A stretch of 64,000 nt of DNA from an uncultured cyanobacterium (GTDB taxonomy: Bacteria > Cyanobacteriota > Cyanobacteriia > Cyanobacteriales > Microcystaceae), in assembly GCA_963807635.1 (NCBI GenBank), contig CAWEDJ010000071.1, positions 1-64,000 on the forward strand. The letters run 5' to 3'. Positions 33,124 through 44,381 of the stretch are shown here, piece by piece. The notes under the pieces were generated by a model that was not told the DNA's origin, did no database searches, and saw only the letters and a list, made by a program, of their open reading frames with translations. A program made the translations under genes and the position numbers. Positions within the stretch are counted from its first letter, which is position 1. The number at the start of each line of letters is the position of its first letter.

Positions 33124-34277
33124 TCAGTCTATTTGGACAATTTGTTCAAACTTTTCATAAAAAGTTTGCCAAGCTTTTTCAAAAGAAAGATTGGTCTGAC
33201 AAAAATTTAGGCATCTATCACTATACTCTTTGCGGTTATTCATAAGTTCAGTTACAGCAGCAGGTATTTCAGATGGATTGTTAACCAATACACCTAATTG
33301 ATAATCTTTGACAAACGATAAGTAAAACATAGGGTCTTTTGAAGCGATAACAGGTGAACCACAAGCTAGACTGCGCAGTAACTTTCCCGATGAAAACCCC
33401 AGATATTCAATGGGTTTACCAAAATTGCGATACAGTGCAAAATTCCCTGCACAATATGAAACTAGAGAGTTAAGGTGTCCTTCTGACATTGGTTCATAGC
33501 TCCAAATAACTTTGCCTGGAACTTCAAGATGGGATAATTGTTGGCGGTATTTTTCTACTTTTTGGTGATAGGCACTATGTAATATTAAGACAGCTTTTTC
33601 GGCCAATAAGGCAGAGTAGATAAGAGTTCAGGAGTTTGTGCCCAATCGGCTATTGAACCTGCATATAAAAAAGGAATACAATCGCTTGAAAGTTCTAATC
33701 TTTCATGCCAATTTATTTCTTCAAGCGGATGATTAATAATTGCCATATTAGGCAACACAGCGTAGGGTTTGTTCGCAATATCTAATTCTTCGCACAAAGG
33801 CACAAAACGTTTTTCGTCAAGAACTACAACCATCGCCGCATTTTTGACTGCTTGTCGTTCAAGTCGTGTCCAACGACTGTAAGCAAATGCGCAAGGAAAC
33901 TCATCATTTAAGTAAATAAAGGGACATTGACTAGATTTCGCAATGATGTCTGCAATATAAGCACCAATTTGACCTAAACCAAAAACACAACAGTAATTTG
34001 TCTGCCATTGAAACTGCCATTGAAACTGCAAAGGTCGCCAGATCGGCTTTAGTCGGTTAAACCGTAATGGCTCCCTAAACTCTTTGATAGTGACTGTATC
34101 TGGCAATAAATTTTTATAATTGTCAGAAGGTTCTTCCCAAAGATAAAGATCTATCTGCCAGCCCATTTTTGCTAGGAATATAATCGAATTGAGTGCAAAT
34201 GGCATTGATTCTAAACGTCTTAAGTTTGGGTCTTGGGGATGATAAATAAAAGCAATTTTTTTTGGTTTCATATACAA
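33124..34277 (-). CDS. GT-B glycosyltransferase-like protein (frameshift near 33601)
   Basis: LYAGSI motif in the 5' ORF and SSGKLLRSLACGSPVI in the 3' ORF; one added base gives PYWPEKAVLILH. Confidence 0.7.
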
Positions 34278-34360
34278 AAAACTGGTCTGGTAATGTGAAT
34301 GTTACTTATCCTCGGTAAGGGGTTCCGCTTGTAATTTATATTGCACTGAAAGGCGAATTA

Positions 34361-35128
34361 CTAAGCTTCTCCCACAAAATACACTCCCCAAGTATTAAAA
34401 TTTGGTTGACGGCCTGTCATCCATTCACCACAATCAACAATCTTTAATCCAAATAAATTCATAAATAAATTTAATTCTTGTTGGAAGAGATAACGCATTT
34501 GATGGGTTTCTTGAAGTTCATGAACTGAACAACTATTCTTATCTTTAATAAAGACTTGATAATTAACATCAACTAAATTGTCATTGGGATATATTTCAGG
34601 CTCGGCAATTCGAGTGATTTGGACTTCTTCATTTTCTAGCCTTTTAATACGAACTGTGGGAGATTCACTTAATACGGCAGGGCCATACCAACAGTCGAAA
34701 ATAAATACTCCGCCAGGTTTGAGATGTTCTTTAACCGTTGCAAAGGCCGCTTGTAAATCTTCATTTGTTGTTTGATAACTAATTACATGAAACAAAGAAA
34801 GAATAACATCAAATTTTTGATTAAGCCTAACTTGGCGTATATCTCCTTGCCTAAAAGTAAGATTTGAAGCTAAATTAGTAGGAAGGTTCGATAAGCGATC
34901 GCGGGCTTGTTGTAACATTTCCTCACTTAAATCAATCCCATGAATGCTGTAGCCTTCTTTAGCGAGGAGCATTGCATGATTACCAGTCCCGCAGCCTAAC
35001 TCAAGAATTGATTGACCATTGGGTGCATGATTCTGAATAAGCCGATGAATAAATTTTGCTTCTCCAATATAATCTTTATCTCGATAGAGCAAATCATAAT
35101 ATCGGGAGTAGTTGCCAAAAACAGTCAT
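34361..35128 (-). CDS. Class I SAM-dependent methyltransferase (sugar N/O-methyltransferase-like)
   Basis: YYDLLYRDKDY, LELGCGTG, HLKPGG. Confidence 0.88.
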   Translation of the reverse strand: MTVFGNYSRYYDLLYRDKDYIGEAKFIHRLIQNHAPNGQSILELGCGTGNHAMLLAKEGYSIHGIDLSEEMLQQARDRLSNLPTNLASNLTFRQGDIRQVRLNQKFDVILSLFHVISYQTTNEDLQAAFATVKEHLKPGGVFIFDCWYGPAVLSESPTVRIKRLENEEVQITRIAEPEIYPNDNLVDVNYQVFIKDKNSCSVHELQETHQMRYLFQQELNLFMNLFGLKIVDCGEWMTGRQPNFNTWGVYFVGEA

Positions 35129-35379
35129 AATTCATCTCTCTAAAATATCTAAAATTAATTAAATCTGGACTTTTGTATTTTAAAAAATATTATGTATAAC
35201 CAATACGAACATAGTATAGAATTATAAAACACTGCTTTTTTTGCCTATTTAGAAGAGAAAGAATTCAAGGAATTATCTTATTTTTATTAGTGTACAAATT
35301 CAAAAAACGTCAAAACCCATAATTTCTGATTTTTCACAATAAATAAACTTAATTTTTCCATAAGTAACTTATATAAGTA

Positions 35380-36267
35380 TTAATTTTTTTGAAAAATTAA
35401 ATATTTTGTCCCATCTTTACTAAAAAAACTGCCAACAAATATAAACTCTCTTTTAGTAAAGAAATTTATCGCGTATATTTCACCAAAAAAACAGGGATAA
35501 TTGTAATCAGAATCTAGCCAATATTTGACCTTTTCATCATCTAAACAATCTTCTGTAAAAATATCAAAAACTACATATCCTAGTTCTTGGTGACTCGAAC
35601 TATTTCGAGAAGATATCTATAAATTATAAGAAATGGTAAGTAAACAAATACGCCATGAGCTGTAACTAAATCAATAGAAGAATCTGATGTATAACTTAGA
35701 GATTTTCCATCAGTAGGATGAGAAACTATTTTATATTTTTCAGTTAGCCATTTTGCCCAATCGTCATCAGGTTCATAACTTTCATAACGAGCTGGTTGAC
35801 ATAAATTGATAGTTTGCTCAACATATAGACCAGCTCCCGTTCCAATTTCACAGATATTTTGAATTGTTTGATTTAAAATGTCGAATTCTTTTAGTTGATT
35901 AATAACAATTTCCCTGTTATAGCCAATCTAAATGGGATGTGAACAGGCAAAAGATGAAATCTTTTAATTACCCAAAGCTCAATTAGCTTCTCTCCATGAC
36001 TTCTGTTAGAAATAAGGAATCAGTAAAAAGAGCTTCAAGTTTTCACAATTGGTTTAGGCTCGCTATATCATTGTGATTCCATATTTTATCCAAATAATCA
36101 GGAACAGAAAGATTACTTTGAGAAGCCGCATAAATCGTCTCCTTAGCAGATACATACCCTAACGCATTTCGATTATTAGCTACTTTGCTAATCTCTATCC
36201 CCAAAGATCTAGTTAAGCTTAGTACAGTTTTTTTAACAGATTTTTTCACTTTTTGTTGGAATTTCAT
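35380..36267 (-). pseudogene. SAM-dependent methyltransferase interrupted by a MITE (plus a one-base shift near 35586)
   Basis: Removing 35918-36067 except one TA restores ...WNHNDNREIVINQLKEFDILNQTIQNICEIGTGAGLY...SIDLVTAHGVFVYL; the 3' part ends YLIFQKN then stop at 35380. Confidence 0.88.
35918..36067. mobile_element. 146-bp MITE with TA target duplication (IS630/Tc1-mariner type)
   Basis: Ends TA-TAGCCAATCTAAATGGGATGTGAA and, on the reverse strand, TA-TAGCGAGCCTAAACCAATTGTGAA; excision restores the host frame exactly. Confidence 0.9.
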
Positions 36268-37383
36268 TTATCTAATTACCTCATATAAAGCCAGAGAAAC
36301 TTGTTGAATTTGCTCATCAGTTAAAGCCATTCCACTCGGAATATAAAAACCTCGACGAGCATTTTTTTCCGCAATAGGATAAGATTCTCCTAAAAATAAT
36401 CCCATTTTTTGAAAAACAGGTTGTTCGTGCATTCCCCAGAAAAAAGGACGAGTCCCAATTTTCAATTCTCCTAAACGACGCATGGCTTCTTTGGCATCAA
36501 AATTTACCTCATCTTTAAGGACAATTCCATAAACCCAATAAATATTATTAGCATAATCAGTTTTAGCTAAGGGTAATTGCAAACAAGATAAATCAGAAAG
36601 CAACTCCGTATATTGTTTACCTATATTTCGTTTCCGAACAACAAATTCATCCAGACGCTCTAATTGGGCAATCCCTAAAGCCGCTTGTAAATTAGTCATA
36701 CGGAAGTTCCAACCCAACTCATAATGGACAAAACGTTGCTGGGGTTGAAAACATAAATTGCGGAGAGATAAGCACCGCTCTGCTAACAGTTGATTATCTG
36801 TAACAATCATGCCACCTTCACCCGTTGTAATGTGTTTATTGGGGTAAAAACTAAAGGTGCTAATCGTGCCAAAACTACCACAGGGTTTATCGCAATAGGT
36901 TTGACCGTGCATTTCGGCGGCATCTTCAATAATCTGTAAACCATATTTTTCTGCTAAAGCCAAAATAGGGTTTATATCCACTGGTAAACCGTAAATATGC
37001 ACCACCATAATGGCTTTAGTACGAGGCGTTATTCTGTCCTCAATTTGGTTTATGTCCATATTCCAGGTCAGGCGATCGCAGTCCACCAGAACAGGAGTCG
37101 CCCCTGCCCGAACAACTGCCGTCGCACAGGAGATAATGGTGAAGGTAGGCATAATCACTTCATCTCCCTTGCCAATATCCAAAGCGGCAACAGCAACATC
37201 TAGGGCAACAGAGCCATTACAGACCGCAATGCCGTATTTACGACCAACACGAGCCGCCATTTGCTCTTCAAACTGTTTAACAAATGGCCCTTCCGAAGAA
37301 ATCCAACCCGTATCAATACACTGATTCAGATATTTCTTTTCGTTACCATTAAGCAACGGTTCATTAACAGGAATAGGTTTCAT
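36268..37383 (-). CDS. DegT/DnrJ/EryC1/StrS PLP aminotransferase (perosamine synthase-like)
   Basis: GWISSEG, IEDAAE, FSFYPNKHITTGEGGM, GWNFRMTNLQAA. Confidence 0.92.
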   Translation of the reverse strand: MKPIPVNEPLLNGNEKKYLNQCIDTGWISSEGPFVKQFEEQMAARVGRKYGIAVCNGSVALDVAVAALDIGKGDEVIMPTFTIISCATAVVRAGATPVLVDCDRLTWNMDINQIEDRITPRTKAIMVVHIYGLPVDINPILALAEKYGLQIIEDAAEMHGQTYCDKPCGSFGTISTFSFYPNKHITTGEGGMIVTDNQLLAERCLSLRNLCFQPQQRFVHYELGWNFRMTNLQAALGIAQLERLDEFVVRKRNIGKQYTELLSDLSCLQLPLAKTDYANNIYWVYGIVLKDEVNFDAKEAMRRLGELKIGTRPFFWGMHEQPVFQKMGLFLGESYPIAEKNARRGFYIPSGMALTDEQIQQVSLALYEVIR

Positions 37384-37386
37384 AAA

Positions 37387-37827
37387 TTAAGGATTTAAAG
37401 TCAAAATTTGAGCTTGTTTATCAGTAATACCTTGAAAACGAGTTTTGTCCTTTTCTCCGACATAGGGGCCCTGTTTAACTTCGATCATTTCGATCTCTTC
37501 AACGACTTCAAAACCGTGACCCCCAGTGACCAATAAAATGACATCTCCTGCTTCTAACAAACGACTTTCTAAATATTCTTGATGATTGTTGTAAAAATCG
37601 ACTCGTAATCGACCCTTTTTAATAAAAAGAACTTCCTGGGTATATTCAACTTCACGAGGTACGGGATTATGAACATGGGGCTGAATAATTTTTCCCGTAG
37701 GATGACGCATATAAGCTAATTGTTGGGAAAGATCATCGGGTGAAAAGAAATGAATTCCTGGTTTATTAAATTGATGGGAAACAATCAAAGCTAATAATTG
37801 ATGGTGATAAGTAATTTTTTCAATCAT
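37387..37827 (-). CDS. Cupin-fold protein, putative nucleotide-sugar isomerase
   Basis: PHVH...TQEVL and GGHGF...EVKQGPY cupin motifs; directly upstream of the aminotransferase. Confidence 0.65.
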   Translation of the reverse strand: MIEKITYHHQLLALIVSHQFNKPGIHFFSPDDLSQQLAYMRHPTGKIIQPHVHNPVPREVEYTQEVLFIKKGRLRVDFYNNHQEYLESRLLEAGDVILLVTGGHGFEVVEEIEMIEVKQGPYVGEKDKTRFQGITDKQAQILTLNP

Positions 37828-37850
37828 TTTTGTAATTCTTGGAATTTATT

Positions 37851-37945
37851 TATAGCGGTATTCAGTCGTATGAGGGGCAATAGAATTCTCGAAAAGCTTA
37901 CTGTACAAGACTGCAATACACCTCACTCATGCGATTACCGCTATA
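37851..37945. mobile_element. 95-bp diverged, inverted relative of the 96-bp MITE family
   Basis: TATAGCGGTATTCAGTCGTATGAGG...CCTCACTCATGCGATTACCGCTATA ends align with the reverse complement of 6233-6328; the interior differs. Confidence 0.75.
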
Positions 37946-38073
37946 AAAGTTTTTAATTGTTATATAGCAATAAAAAAGAGCTTAAAATTGCTCTTCAAAA
38001 TTACATATTTTGATATTTTTCACTGTTTTTTACTTTAGAATTTATGAAAAATTCAGAAAATCAAACCTGATTA

Positions 38074-39039
38074 CTACTCTAAAAGCCAATTATCTTTTAA
38101 TACTAGATCTTTCCATGACTGATTAATTATTAATCTATAATCATATTTAATCCTGTTTAAATAATAAAATATATATGCATATTTGATATGCCATTCAATT
38201 TTACCTTGGATTATATAAATAAAAGATTTTAATAATGATAGTACTATTTTAGATAAATATTTTATTGTATTTTTTAAAAGTGAGAAGTTTGAATAATGAT
38301 ATTTTCTAAAATCTGTATAACTATCACAATTCCCCTGATTTGCTAGTCGTTTATTCAGATAGGATTGCGTCATTCTTTGGGGCGGAATAAGATGATAGAT
38401 AATACTGGCTCCAGTATAACCAAATTTATATCCAAGTTCCTTAATTTTAATATTTAAGCCAGTTTCATTGTCACCAATCCACTCGCCTTCTATGATATCT
38501 GGGTTAAAGCCACCACTTTGCAAAAAAATATCTCTTAAAATTGCTTGATGACAACTGAAAATATTACAATCATTTTTAGAAATGATAAAATCTTCAGGTG
38601 GATCATTAAGGCTAAGTAAGCCATTAAAACATAACTTAATAATCCAATCTGGCGGTTTTATTTCCCATTTGGGTAAGACTTTTCCTGTTACGGAAGCAAC
38701 TTTTGGATCAAATTCAAATACTTTAATGATTTCCCTTAAAAGATTATTTTCTGCAATCATATCATCATCGGTGAAATAGAGTATTTCTCCATTAGCTATT
38801 TTTGCCGCAGAATTTCTCGCAAAATGAGATCCTTGACGAGACTCTTTAATATACTTAATTCTATTAGGATAATCTTTTATATAGCTATTAATTAACTCTT
38901 CAGTTGAATCTGTGGAGTTATTATTAGATACGATAATTTCATATAAATCTTTATCATAGGATTGATGTAAAAAACTATTAATTGTAAGTCCCAAGGTTTT
39001 TGCTCTGTTGTAAGTAGGTATTATGATAGAAATTTTCAT
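38074..39039 (-). CDS. Glycosyltransferase family 2
   Basis: ISIIIPTYNR, NNNSTD, FTDDD. Confidence 0.9.
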   Translation of the reverse strand: MKISIIIPTYNRAKTLGLTINSFLHQSYDKDLYEIIVSNNNSTDSTEELINSYIKDYPNRIKYIKESRQGSHFARNSAAKIANGEILYFTDDDMIAENNLLREIIKVFEFDPKVASVTGKVLPKWEIKPPDWIIKLCFNGLLSLNDPPEDFIISKNDCNIFSCHQAILRDIFLQSGGFNPDIIEGEWIGDNETGLNIKIKELGYKFGYTGASIIYHLIPPQRMTQSYLNKRLANQGNCDSYTDFRKYHYSNFSLLKNTIKYLSKIVLSLLKSFIYIIQGKIEWHIKYAYIFYYLNRIKYDYRLIINQSWKDLVLKDNWLLE

Positions 39040-39063
39040 TTTTTTTGATCAACTATAGTTTGA

Positions 39064-40191
39064 TTAATTCCCTAAACCAAAAGCAAATTTTATCCAATGC
39101 TTTGTTCTTTGACATCCCTCAGAAAAAGAAATTAATGGTTGATATCCTAATGATTTTTTAGCTTTGGTAATTGGTAATACGTATTGACATTGCTGTAAGC
39201 TAATAATTTCTTGATCTAAGTTGGACAATAAAGTATAAATATTATCTATTTTTTTCTCACCTAAATTTGGTGCAGAAACAATTTGTAAAAACCTATTTTC
39301 TATGGTATCTATTACCTTGGCTTCTACAAGCTTTTTAACAACACGAATAAATCGAGAATAAGCAAGTTTTTTAATTATTTCTTGCCGTTTCAGGATTCGG
39401 TCAAATTCTGGCAATAATTGCTTTTTTAGTGTAGGAACAGTTGTTATATCTACATTGATCGCGTCCGCTACAGCACTGTATAAATCTCGCCAGGTGACCC
39501 TTTCTCCGTCTGTAATAATAAAATCTTGATTGGCCGCTTCTATTGTCATTGCACCTTTCCACATGGCGGTTACTAAATTATCCACGTAAACAGTGTTACA
39601 AATCCCTGATCCTTCATCAACTAGATAGGCTTTTCTATTGAATAAGTCAGAGGCGATTTGAGTAGTAAACCACTGGGAGCGGGGGCCAAAAACAATGGAT
39701 GGACGCAAAGTAACTACTTCAACCGCGCCATCTTGACGAAGCCGACGCAGTAAGTGTTCTGACATAACTTTGCTGACGTTGTATTCAAAAGGTTGTTTAG
39801 CAATGAGTTCACTGTCATCGTGGGTTCCCTGTATGGGATTATGTCCATGTACCACTGCACTACTCAAATAAACCAATCTTCTTACGCCTGCTTGAGCAGA
39901 TGCCCGATACGCCGCTTCTGCACTTTTAAGAATTGTTTGGCGATCGCCGACAACACAATGAAACAATATTTCACAGCCTTGTAGTTGAGATGCCAAGTTG
40001 TCTGTCAAAGTTGCATCAGCAATTCGACAATTTAATGTATCTAAATCTAATGTGATCAATTTAGCCAAACTTGAAAGCGATCGGACAATAGGTCTTACAT
40101 TCGCTAACTGATTAAGGGTAAGCCATTCTACTAGACGAAAACCAACAAATCCATTAGCTCCTAAAACAGCAACCATTGGTATTTTAGCCAT
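39064..40191 (-). CDS. NAD-dependent epimerase/dehydratase (extended SDR)
   Basis: GANGFVG, YLSSAVV, YNVSK, LRPSIVFGP. Confidence 0.85.
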   Translation of the reverse strand: MAKIPMVAVLGANGFVGFRLVEWLTLNQLANVRPIVRSLSSLAKLITLDLDTLNCRIADATLTDNLASQLQGCEILFHCVVGDRQTILKSAEAAYRASAQAGVRRLVYLSSAVVHGHNPIQGTHDDSELIAKQPFEYNVSKVMSEHLLRRLRQDGAVEVVTLRPSIVFGPRSQWFTTQIASDLFNRKAYLVDEGSGICNTVYVDNLVTAMWKGAMTIEAANQDFIITDGERVTWRDLYSAVADAINVDITTVPTLKKQLLPEFDRILKRQEIIKKLAYSRFIRVVKKLVEAKVIDTIENRFLQIVSAPNLGEKKIDNIYTLLSNLDQEIISLQQCQYVLPITKAKKSLGYQPLISFSEGCQRTKHWIKFAFGLGN

Positions 40192-40251
40192 AAAAATTTC
40201 TTACACTTTTGATTGATTTTTTACGGGTTACAACTGCAACTCAATCACAGA

Positions 40252-41472
40252 TTATTTTGCCCAATCCATCGGCTCAATTGGCTCAAATGTTGTTGTTAAA
40301 TGAACAGTTGATCCTATATGAAATGCTTGATGAATGGCAATAACTAATTCATTATTATGTAATGCAAAATCAGCAGATAAACGATTAGGCCGTTGTTCAG
40401 TGATAGACGCTGCCATTTCTGCTACACCTCGACTTAAGTCCATCTGCATACCGCTATCTTCGTACCATTTTGATTTTGGAGGTTTTCGTACTAACGGATA
40501 AATCATCTTGGTTTGTTGTTTCATTAAAATTTTAGTCTGAATACGCTTCGCATAACTAAAGAATTTTTCTGCAAGAACAATGCTTTTTTTAAAAATATTA
40601 AATTCTGTTGAGTTAGTTAATGAAGATTTCTCTCTATATTCAACATATATAGGAGCATCATAAAACCAGCACTCTTCAGTTTCTAAAATGCCATGATCAC
40701 CAATAATTTTCAGCGAATGATTATGGGGGGCAACAATACTACAAGTAAGTCTTGCTACGACTCCAGACTTGAATTTGATACACGCTACTGAGAAATCGGG
40801 AGTATCAGGTGGTTCTAGTAACTCATCGCTAACTTTATTAGGAATTAAACAAGAAGCAAAGGCCGTAACTGATTCTGCTGGGCCAAAAAATGCAGTTAAC
40901 CAAGTAACGTAATAACCTGCATGTTCAAGGGTACAACCTATTTCAAATTCATCTTGATACGGCCAAGGAATACCCGATACGCTTAACCAGGTTTTATAAG
41001 AAGATTTATGTATCATTCCGTCGTCTATTTCAGCATAGACTAAACGCACTTTACCAACGGCATTTTCACGAACAGCTTTCCAGAGAGTCTGTGCTGTTTC
41101 ACCGAGAAGACTACAGGGAGCCGAAGTAATCTGTAAGCCTTGTTGATTGGCTAAGGCAACCAGATTTTTGCTCTCTGAAATCGTCATGGCTATTGGCTTT
41201 TCAGAATAAACGTGCTTACCTGCCTCTAAGCAAGCCTTAGAAACTTCATAATGGCTTCGAGGATTGGTTAGGTTTAAAACAATATCAACGTTACTATCCG
41301 TGAGTAGTTCATCCAGTGTTTCATAAAAAGGAATTGAGTGATATTGGGAAAATTTAACAGCGCGATCGCGAATTGTGTCCATCACTCCTACCAATTCCAA
41401 CTCAGGATGTTCAGGTAGTGTCTGAACATAGTAATCAGCAATATGACCACATCCAACAATAGCAATTTTCAT
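40252..41472 (-). CDS. Gfo/Idh/MocA family oxidoreductase
   Basis: IAIVGCG, H...GKHVYSEKP. Confidence 0.88.
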   Translation of the reverse strand: MKIAIVGCGHIADYYVQTLPEHPELELVGVMDTIRDRAVKFSQYHSIPFYETLDELLTDSNVDIVLNLTNPRSHYEVSKACLEAGKHVYSEKPIAMTISESKNLVALANQQGLQITSAPCSLLGETAQTLWKAVRENAVGKVRLVYAEIDDGMIHKSSYKTWLSVSGIPWPYQDEFEIGCTLEHAGYYVTWLTAFFGPAESVTAFASCLIPNKVSDELLEPPDTPDFSVACIKFKSGVVARLTCSIVAPHNHSLKIIGDHGILETEECWFYDAPIYVEYREKSSLTNSTEFNIFKKSIVLAEKFFSYAKRIQTKILMKQQTKMIYPLVRKPPKSKWYEDSGMQMDLSRGVAEMAASITEQRPNRLSADFALHNNELVIAIHQAFHIGSTVHLTTTFEPIEPMDWAK

Positions 41473-41610
41473 TAATGTTATCCTTTTTATCTGAAGATTT
41501 ATGCGAAGATTTTCAGGGTTGAAAAATTGTAGATTGCTCTCAAAACGATAGATTTATTAATTACTGCCTGAATACTTACTTTTTTGAAATAAAAATTATT
41601 GATTTTTTTG

Positions 41611-44327
41611 CTAGGTTTTAGACAAAATTTTATCTATTTCAGTCTTGATTTTTTCAGCTAACACTTGAATATTAGGAGTTTCTAACATGGTATAGTGATC
41701 ACCAGGCACTTGATGAATATCCAAATCCATATCTCTTAAATTTAGCCACGCCCTCTCAGGTGCTTCATAGGTATAGTATATATTAGGGACTTTATCAATT
41801 TCTAACTCTCCATTTTTGAATTTTACCCATCTCTCATCAGATGGATTAAGGATCAATGACGAAGAAAATTCTATAAAAGAGTTAGCCTTATAAAAAGTTA
41901 CCTTGCCTGGGTAAGATTTAGGAGTATAATACTCCAATATATGTGTACCGTAGCCATTATCAATATGTGCAAAATAGCCATCAGAAAAGGAAAAGTGATT
42001 AGAAGAATGTAATTTTGTTGATACTTGAGACTTGATTTTTTTCAAAATTTTAGTAGGTCTCAATTTTGAAGTTTTATAGAGTCTTTTAATTATTGACTTG
42101 TTCTTTACCCAAATATCAAGAAGTAAAAAATTCAATATGTTATAGACTCTTTGATGGATGGGAAACGCTATTTTGTTTTTTTCTAGATACGTATCACTTA
42201 AAGCGAGTAAGCCTACCTGTTGACCTTGCTCAGTTAGTTGTTGAGCTATCTCATAGGCAATCACACCACCAAAAGAATGACCGACTAAAAAGTAAGGCCC
42301 CTCTGGCTGAAGCGATCGCATTTCCTCAATATAGTGAGTAGCCAAATTCTCCAGCTTAGGTAAAGATAATTCAGTATCTACAGGGCCTCCTATCCCATAA
42401 CGTAATCCATAAAAAGGTTGCTCTAGTCCTAGACAATTGGACAATTCTTTATAGACAAGAAAATGTATTCCAAATAAAGGAGGACGAGAACCCTGGGGTT
42501 GAATCGGAACCAGGGAATACCAGGAAGGTAACTCCACCTGAGAGGATACAACTTTAGCCAACTTCTTGATAGTGGGGGCTAAAAAGATAGTTGAGAGGGG
42601 AAAACTTTTATTAAAAGCTTTTTCCATTTGAGACAAAACCTGAGTGGCTAAAAGCGAATAGCCTCCTAATGCAAAAAAATTATCATCAATGCCAATTGGT
42701 TCGACCTGCAAGACTTCAGACCAGATTTTAACCAATTTTTCTTCTAAAGGTGTTACTGGCTCTTTGTACTCAGATTTTGCTTCCGTTGCAGGATCGATAG
42801 GAGTTAATCCTAATTTTTCAGCTAATCCTATACGTTGCAACTTTCCCGTTGGGCCTGTCGGTATTTTGTCAAGAAATAAAACAACACGGGGTACTTTAAA
42901 ATCAGCGAGTCGTTTTGTCGCAAACTCCTTAATTTCTTGTTCTGTTGTAGATGCTCCTTCCTTAAGAATCACCGCAACAGCCACATCTTCGCCTAACAGA
43001 GTGTGGGAGGCGGCAAACGTAACAACCTGTTTAATGGCGGGATGATCTAGTAATACTTCATCCACTTCACGGGGAGAAATTTTTTCACCACCACGATTAA
43101 TAATTTCCTTAATACGCCCTTTGAGAAAGAGATAATTGTCCCCATCTAAATAACCCAGATCACCCGTTCTAAACCAACCGTTAGTAAAAGCCGTTTGATT
43201 CGCTAGAGGATTATTTTCATAGCCTTGGGTAACATTCGCTCCTTGAATCGCGACTTCACCCACTTCACCCGAAGGAAGTATATTCCCAACGTCATCCAGA
43301 ATAGTGACTTTTGGGCCAGCCGCTAGTCCGACCGAACCAGGTTTGCGTTGTCCTGGGGGTAAAGGATTGCTGGCCATTTGGTGAGCCGCTTCAGTCATTC
43401 CATAGGCTTCAATAACAGGAGCATTAAAAACCTGTTCTAGTTCATCCATAACTTGGGGAGGCAAGGAGGCAGAAGAAGAACGGATAAACCGTAGTGACTG
43501 AATGTTAGACATTTTAGCGGGATTCGTTTTAGCCTTTTCCAAAATCATCTGGTGCATGGTCGGAACGGCACTGTACCAGGTCGGTTGAAATTCTTCTAAA
43601 TAATCTAAGAATTTAGGCGCATCAAAACCTGCGGTACAGACAACACTAGCACTAACATTTAAGGATGATAAAAGAACTGCCACTAATCCATGTATATGGA
43701 ATAATGGCATCACATTCAAACAGCGATCGCTTTGACTTAAAGCTAAAGTCTGACTAATTGTTTGGGCGGAGGTCAACAAATTTGTGTGGGTTAGAGGCAC
43801 TATTTTGGGACGCGAAGTTGTTCCTGAAGTATGCAGAACGAGAGCAACATCATCAGTCTGAGCAAAGCCTTTATTCGCTGTGTACTGAGGTTCACCTCCA
43901 GTCAGCGCAAATATTCCTGCTTCGGCGGTTAAAACAGGCGTGAGTTCGATGATGGAATATTTCGTTCTTTAGCAATCGTTCTAGCGGCCTCAGCAAAATC
44001 TTTTTGTACGATTAACGCTTTTGCATTTAGATCCGATAGATAAAAATCAAATTCCCCAGCGAGGTAAGCAGGATTCAGAGGCGCACAGGTAGCACAAGAT
44101 GCGACGGCTAAAAAGGCGACTGCTGTTTCTGGCCCATTGGGTAAAACAAGAGCAACTCTGTCTGTTCGACCGATGCCGATCGCATTCAGTTTGGCTACCA
44201 CTTGCTCAACCTGTGACAACAAGCTTTTATAGGTCAAGGGTTGACGACCAGGAGCATGGATGGCGATCGCATCAGGAATATTCTTAGTTTGAATAGATAG
44301 CCAATGATAGATATCAAAATTACTCAT
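41611..44327 (-). CDS. Single-module NRPS-like A-T-TE protein (~905 aa) with oxalate-CoA-ligase-like adenylation domain; frameshift near 43954
   Basis: One added C joins the ORFs and gives DDVALVLHTSGTTSRPKIVPLTH; also PLFHIHGL, LRFIRSSSASL, EAYGMTEAAHQMASNPLPP, GPTGKLQR; carrier NFFALGGYSL; TE GHSFGG and GDH. Confidence 0.85.
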
Positions 44328-44381
44328 TTTACTGATTGCTTAAAATTGCTTAGATGCTAGTTTTTGGCTCAAAGTTATCGC

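Noticed and set aside
41611..44327. Fragment of a conventional NRPS/PKS toxin cluster
   Set aside because: No condensation or ketosynthase domain in the window; the A domain has CoA-ligase-type rather than amino-acid-type motifs.
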